From positions 947 to 64,946 of the forward strand of contig CASEBP010000103.1 in NCBI GenBank assembly GCA_949285275.1: DNA of 64,000 nucleotides, given 5' to 3'. A program made the translations under genes and the position numbers. This DNA comes from an uncultured Oscillospiraceae bacterium (GTDB taxonomy: Bacteria; Bacillota; Clostridia; Oscillospirales; Ruminococcaceae). Shown here piece by piece: positions 62,070 to 64,000 of this stretch (position 1 is the stretch's first letter; every line of letters starts with the position of its first letter). A model generated the notes under the pieces. That model made no database searches. It saw only the letters and a list, made by a program, of their open reading frames with translations, and had not been told where the DNA came from.

Positions 62070-62837
62070 ATGGATTTTTCAAACCGTACCCCCATCGTGG
62101 CGGGGAACTGGAAGATGAATATGACCCGCGCCGAGGCCAAAAAACTGATCGAAGAGATTCGGCCGCTGGTAAAGGATGCAGCCTGTGAAGTGGCGCTCTG
62201 CGTTCCCTTCACCGACCTCGAAACAGCGGGCGCTGCGATGGAGGGAAGTAATCTGAAGCTGGGCGCGCAGAACTGCCATTGGGCGGCTTCCGGCGCCTTT
62301 ACCGGAGAGATCTCGGCGGCAATGCTCGCTGAATTGGGAGTCTCCTATGTGGTGATCGGCCATTCGGAGCGCCGGCAGTATTTTGGAGAGACCGACCAGA
62401 CGGTCAATGCCCGGATGAAGGCGGCGCTTTCCTGCGGCCTGCGGGTGATCCTCTGTGTCGGAGAAACATTGGCACAGCGGGAGTCCGGCCAGACGCCGCT
62501 GGTCATCTGCAACCAGGTTAAGGCGGCACTCGATGGGATTACCGCCGCACAGATGAAGGAGATTGTCATCGCCTATGAGCCGGTCTGGGCGATTGGCACC
62601 GGCAAGACCGCCACCGCCCAGCAGGCAGGAGAGGTCTGCGCGCTGATCCGTGGAATGGTTCAGGGCCTCTACAACGAGGCGGTTGCCGATGCGCTGCGGA
62701 TCCAGTACGGCGGTTCGATGAACGCGAAGAACGCAGCCGAGTTGCTGGCGCAGTACGACATTGACGGCGGATTGATCGGCGGCGCATCGCTCAAGGCCCC
62801 CGATTTCGCGGCGATTGTCGCGGCGGCAAAGCAATAA
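62070..62837 (+). CDS. tpiA: Triosephosphate isomerase
   Basis: AGNWKM, GHSERR, AYEPVWAIGTG, YGGS, LIGGASL. Confidence 0.99.
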   Translation: MDFSNRTPIVAGNWKMNMTRAEAKKLIEEIRPLVKDAACEVALCVPFTDLETAGAAMEGSNLKLGAQNCHWAASGAFTGEISAAMLAELGVSYVVIGHSERRQYFGETDQTVNARMKAALSCGLRVILCVGETLAQRESGQTPLVICNQVKAALDGITAAQMKEIVIAYEPVWAIGTGKTATAQQAGEVCALIRGMVQGLYNEAVADALRIQYGGSMNAKNAAELLAQYDIDGGLIGGASLKAPDFAAIVAAAKQ

Positions 62838-62838
62838 C

Positions 62839-62874
62839 AAGAGCGGGGCCGGGAAAGTTTCCCGGCCCTCTTTT
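62839..62874 (+). terminator. Terminator-like hairpin between tpiA and gpmI
   Basis: GGGCCGGGAAA-G-TTTCCCGGCCC followed by TCTTTT. Confidence 0.6.
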
Positions 62875-62927
62875 AACCAACAGCTCCGAGGGCTTTGGAT
62901 CTTTGGAGCGGAAATGAGGAATTCAAT

Positions 62928-64000
62928 TTGAAAAAAACGGTTCTGCTGATGATACTTGACGGATTCGGGCTGCGTGACGAGACGGCGGGAAATGCCATTG
63001 CCGCGGCAAAAAAGCCGAATTTCGACCAGCTGTGGGCGAGGTGGCCTCACGCGACGCTGGGAGCCTCCGGAATGGATGTGGGTCTGCCGGACGGTCAGAT
63101 GGGCAATTCGGAGGTCGGTCACACCAATATCGGGGCCGGGCGGATCGTCTATCAGGAGCTGACTCGGATCACCAAGGCTATCCGGGACGGCGATTTCTTT
63201 TCGAATGCCGCCCTCAACGGGGCGATTGATGCAATGGCCCCCGGCGGTACCCTGCATCTGATGGGGCTGCTGTCGGATGGCGGCGTCCACAGCCACAATA
63301 CCCACCTCTATGCCCTGCTGGAACTGGCGCACCGCCGCGGTGTCAGGCGGGTTGCCGTGCACAGCTTCCTTGACGGGCGGGACACCGATCCGAAGAGCGG
63401 CGCCGGTTATCTTGAGGCGCTGGAAACGGAGATGAACCGGATCGGGGTCGGCTTTTCAGCGACGGTTACCGGACGTTATTATGCGATGGATCGCGATAAA
63501 CGCTGGGAACGGGTCAGAGAGGGCTATGAGGCCATCGCCCTGGGAAAGGGAGAGAAGTTTACCGATCCGGCAGCTGCTGTACGGGCCAGCTATGAAGCCG
63601 GCGTGACCGATGAGTTCGTTCGTCCGCTGGTGCGGGAGGATTATCATGGGGTACAGGACGGCGATGCGGTGATCTTTTATAACTTCCGCCCCGACCGCGC
63701 GCGGGAGATGACCCGCGCCTTCGTCGATCCCGCTTTTGACGGGTTTTCCGTTCAGCAGCCCCGGCTGGCACGCTATGTCTGCATGACCCAGTATGACGCA
63801 ACGATGCCCGGGTGTGATGTTGCGTTTCGTCCGGTTGCGCTGACCCATACCCTCGGTGAGGTCATCGAGGAGGCCGGGCTTTCCCAGCTGCGGATTGCCG
63901 AGACCGAAAAGTATGCCCATGTCACCTTCTTTTTCAATGGCGGGGTGGAAGCGCCTTCGGCCCATGAGGACCGTATCCTGATCAACTCGCCCAAGGTGGC
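62928..64000 (+). CDS. gpmI: 2,3-bisphosphoglycerate-independent phosphoglycerate mutase, 3'-truncated by the window edge (absent from ORF track)
   Basis: TTG start [14 protein letters not shown]; [43 protein letters not shown]. Confidence 0.97.
   Translation, partial: MKKTVLLMILDGFGLRDETAGNAIAAAKKPNFDQLWARWPHATLGASGMDVGLPDGQMGNSEVGHTNIGAGRIVYQELTRITKAIRDGDFFSNAALNGAIDAMAPGGTLHLMGLLSDGGVHSHNTHLYALLELAHRRGVRRVAVHSFLDGRDTDPKSGAGYLEALETEMNRIGVGFSATVTGRYYAMDRDKRWERVREGYEAIALGKGEKFTDPAAAVRASYEAGVTDEFVRPLVREDYHGVQDGDAVIFYNFRPDRAREMTRAFVDPAFDGFSVQQPRLARYVCMTQYDATMPGCDVAFRPVALTHTLGEVIEEAGLSQLRIAETEKYAHVTFFFNGGVEAPSAHEDRILINSPKV

Overview
GC-rich chromosomal window from a Clostridia-class Firmicute, probably Oscillospiraceae/Ruminococcaceae (inferred from sigma-A promoters, CIRCE, a SCIFF locus, YtvI, Rex and a B. 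subtilis-type SOS box). It starts inside a very large multi-domain surface protein. A short accessory stretch follows (AlkZ-related, TIGR04076, SDR, DUF6933-like, DUF5714-like, macrodomain-HTH, PNPOx-like), then a SCIFF/ranthipeptide pair whose precursor is missing from the ORF track. The rest is mostly core: glpK, hrcA-grpE-dnaK-dnaJ, ytvI, ogg-larC', rlmB, class III RNR, a GntR-flanked flavin/Fe-S oxidoreductase operon, rex, cdaR-ftsEX-M23-ctpA, metG-tatD, a beta-CASP RNase, dinB, glmU-prs-pth-mfd, rodA-like, tsaEB-rpiB-tauE-upp-pgk-tpi-gpmI. No tRNA, rRNA, CRISPR array or IS element was seen. The best finding is a cleanly split class III ribonucleotide reductase: the glycyl-radical motif (RITGYL) is on a separate 56-aa gene with its own RBS, translationally coupled to nrdG. 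Also notable are a P1B-ATPase-like membrane protein with degenerate catalytic motifs, an 8-Cys SCIFF with Gly at the usual Thr cross-link acceptor position, an N-terminal-only LarC and a cluster of DnaA-box-like 9-mers. Family assignments come from motif recognition, not database searches.
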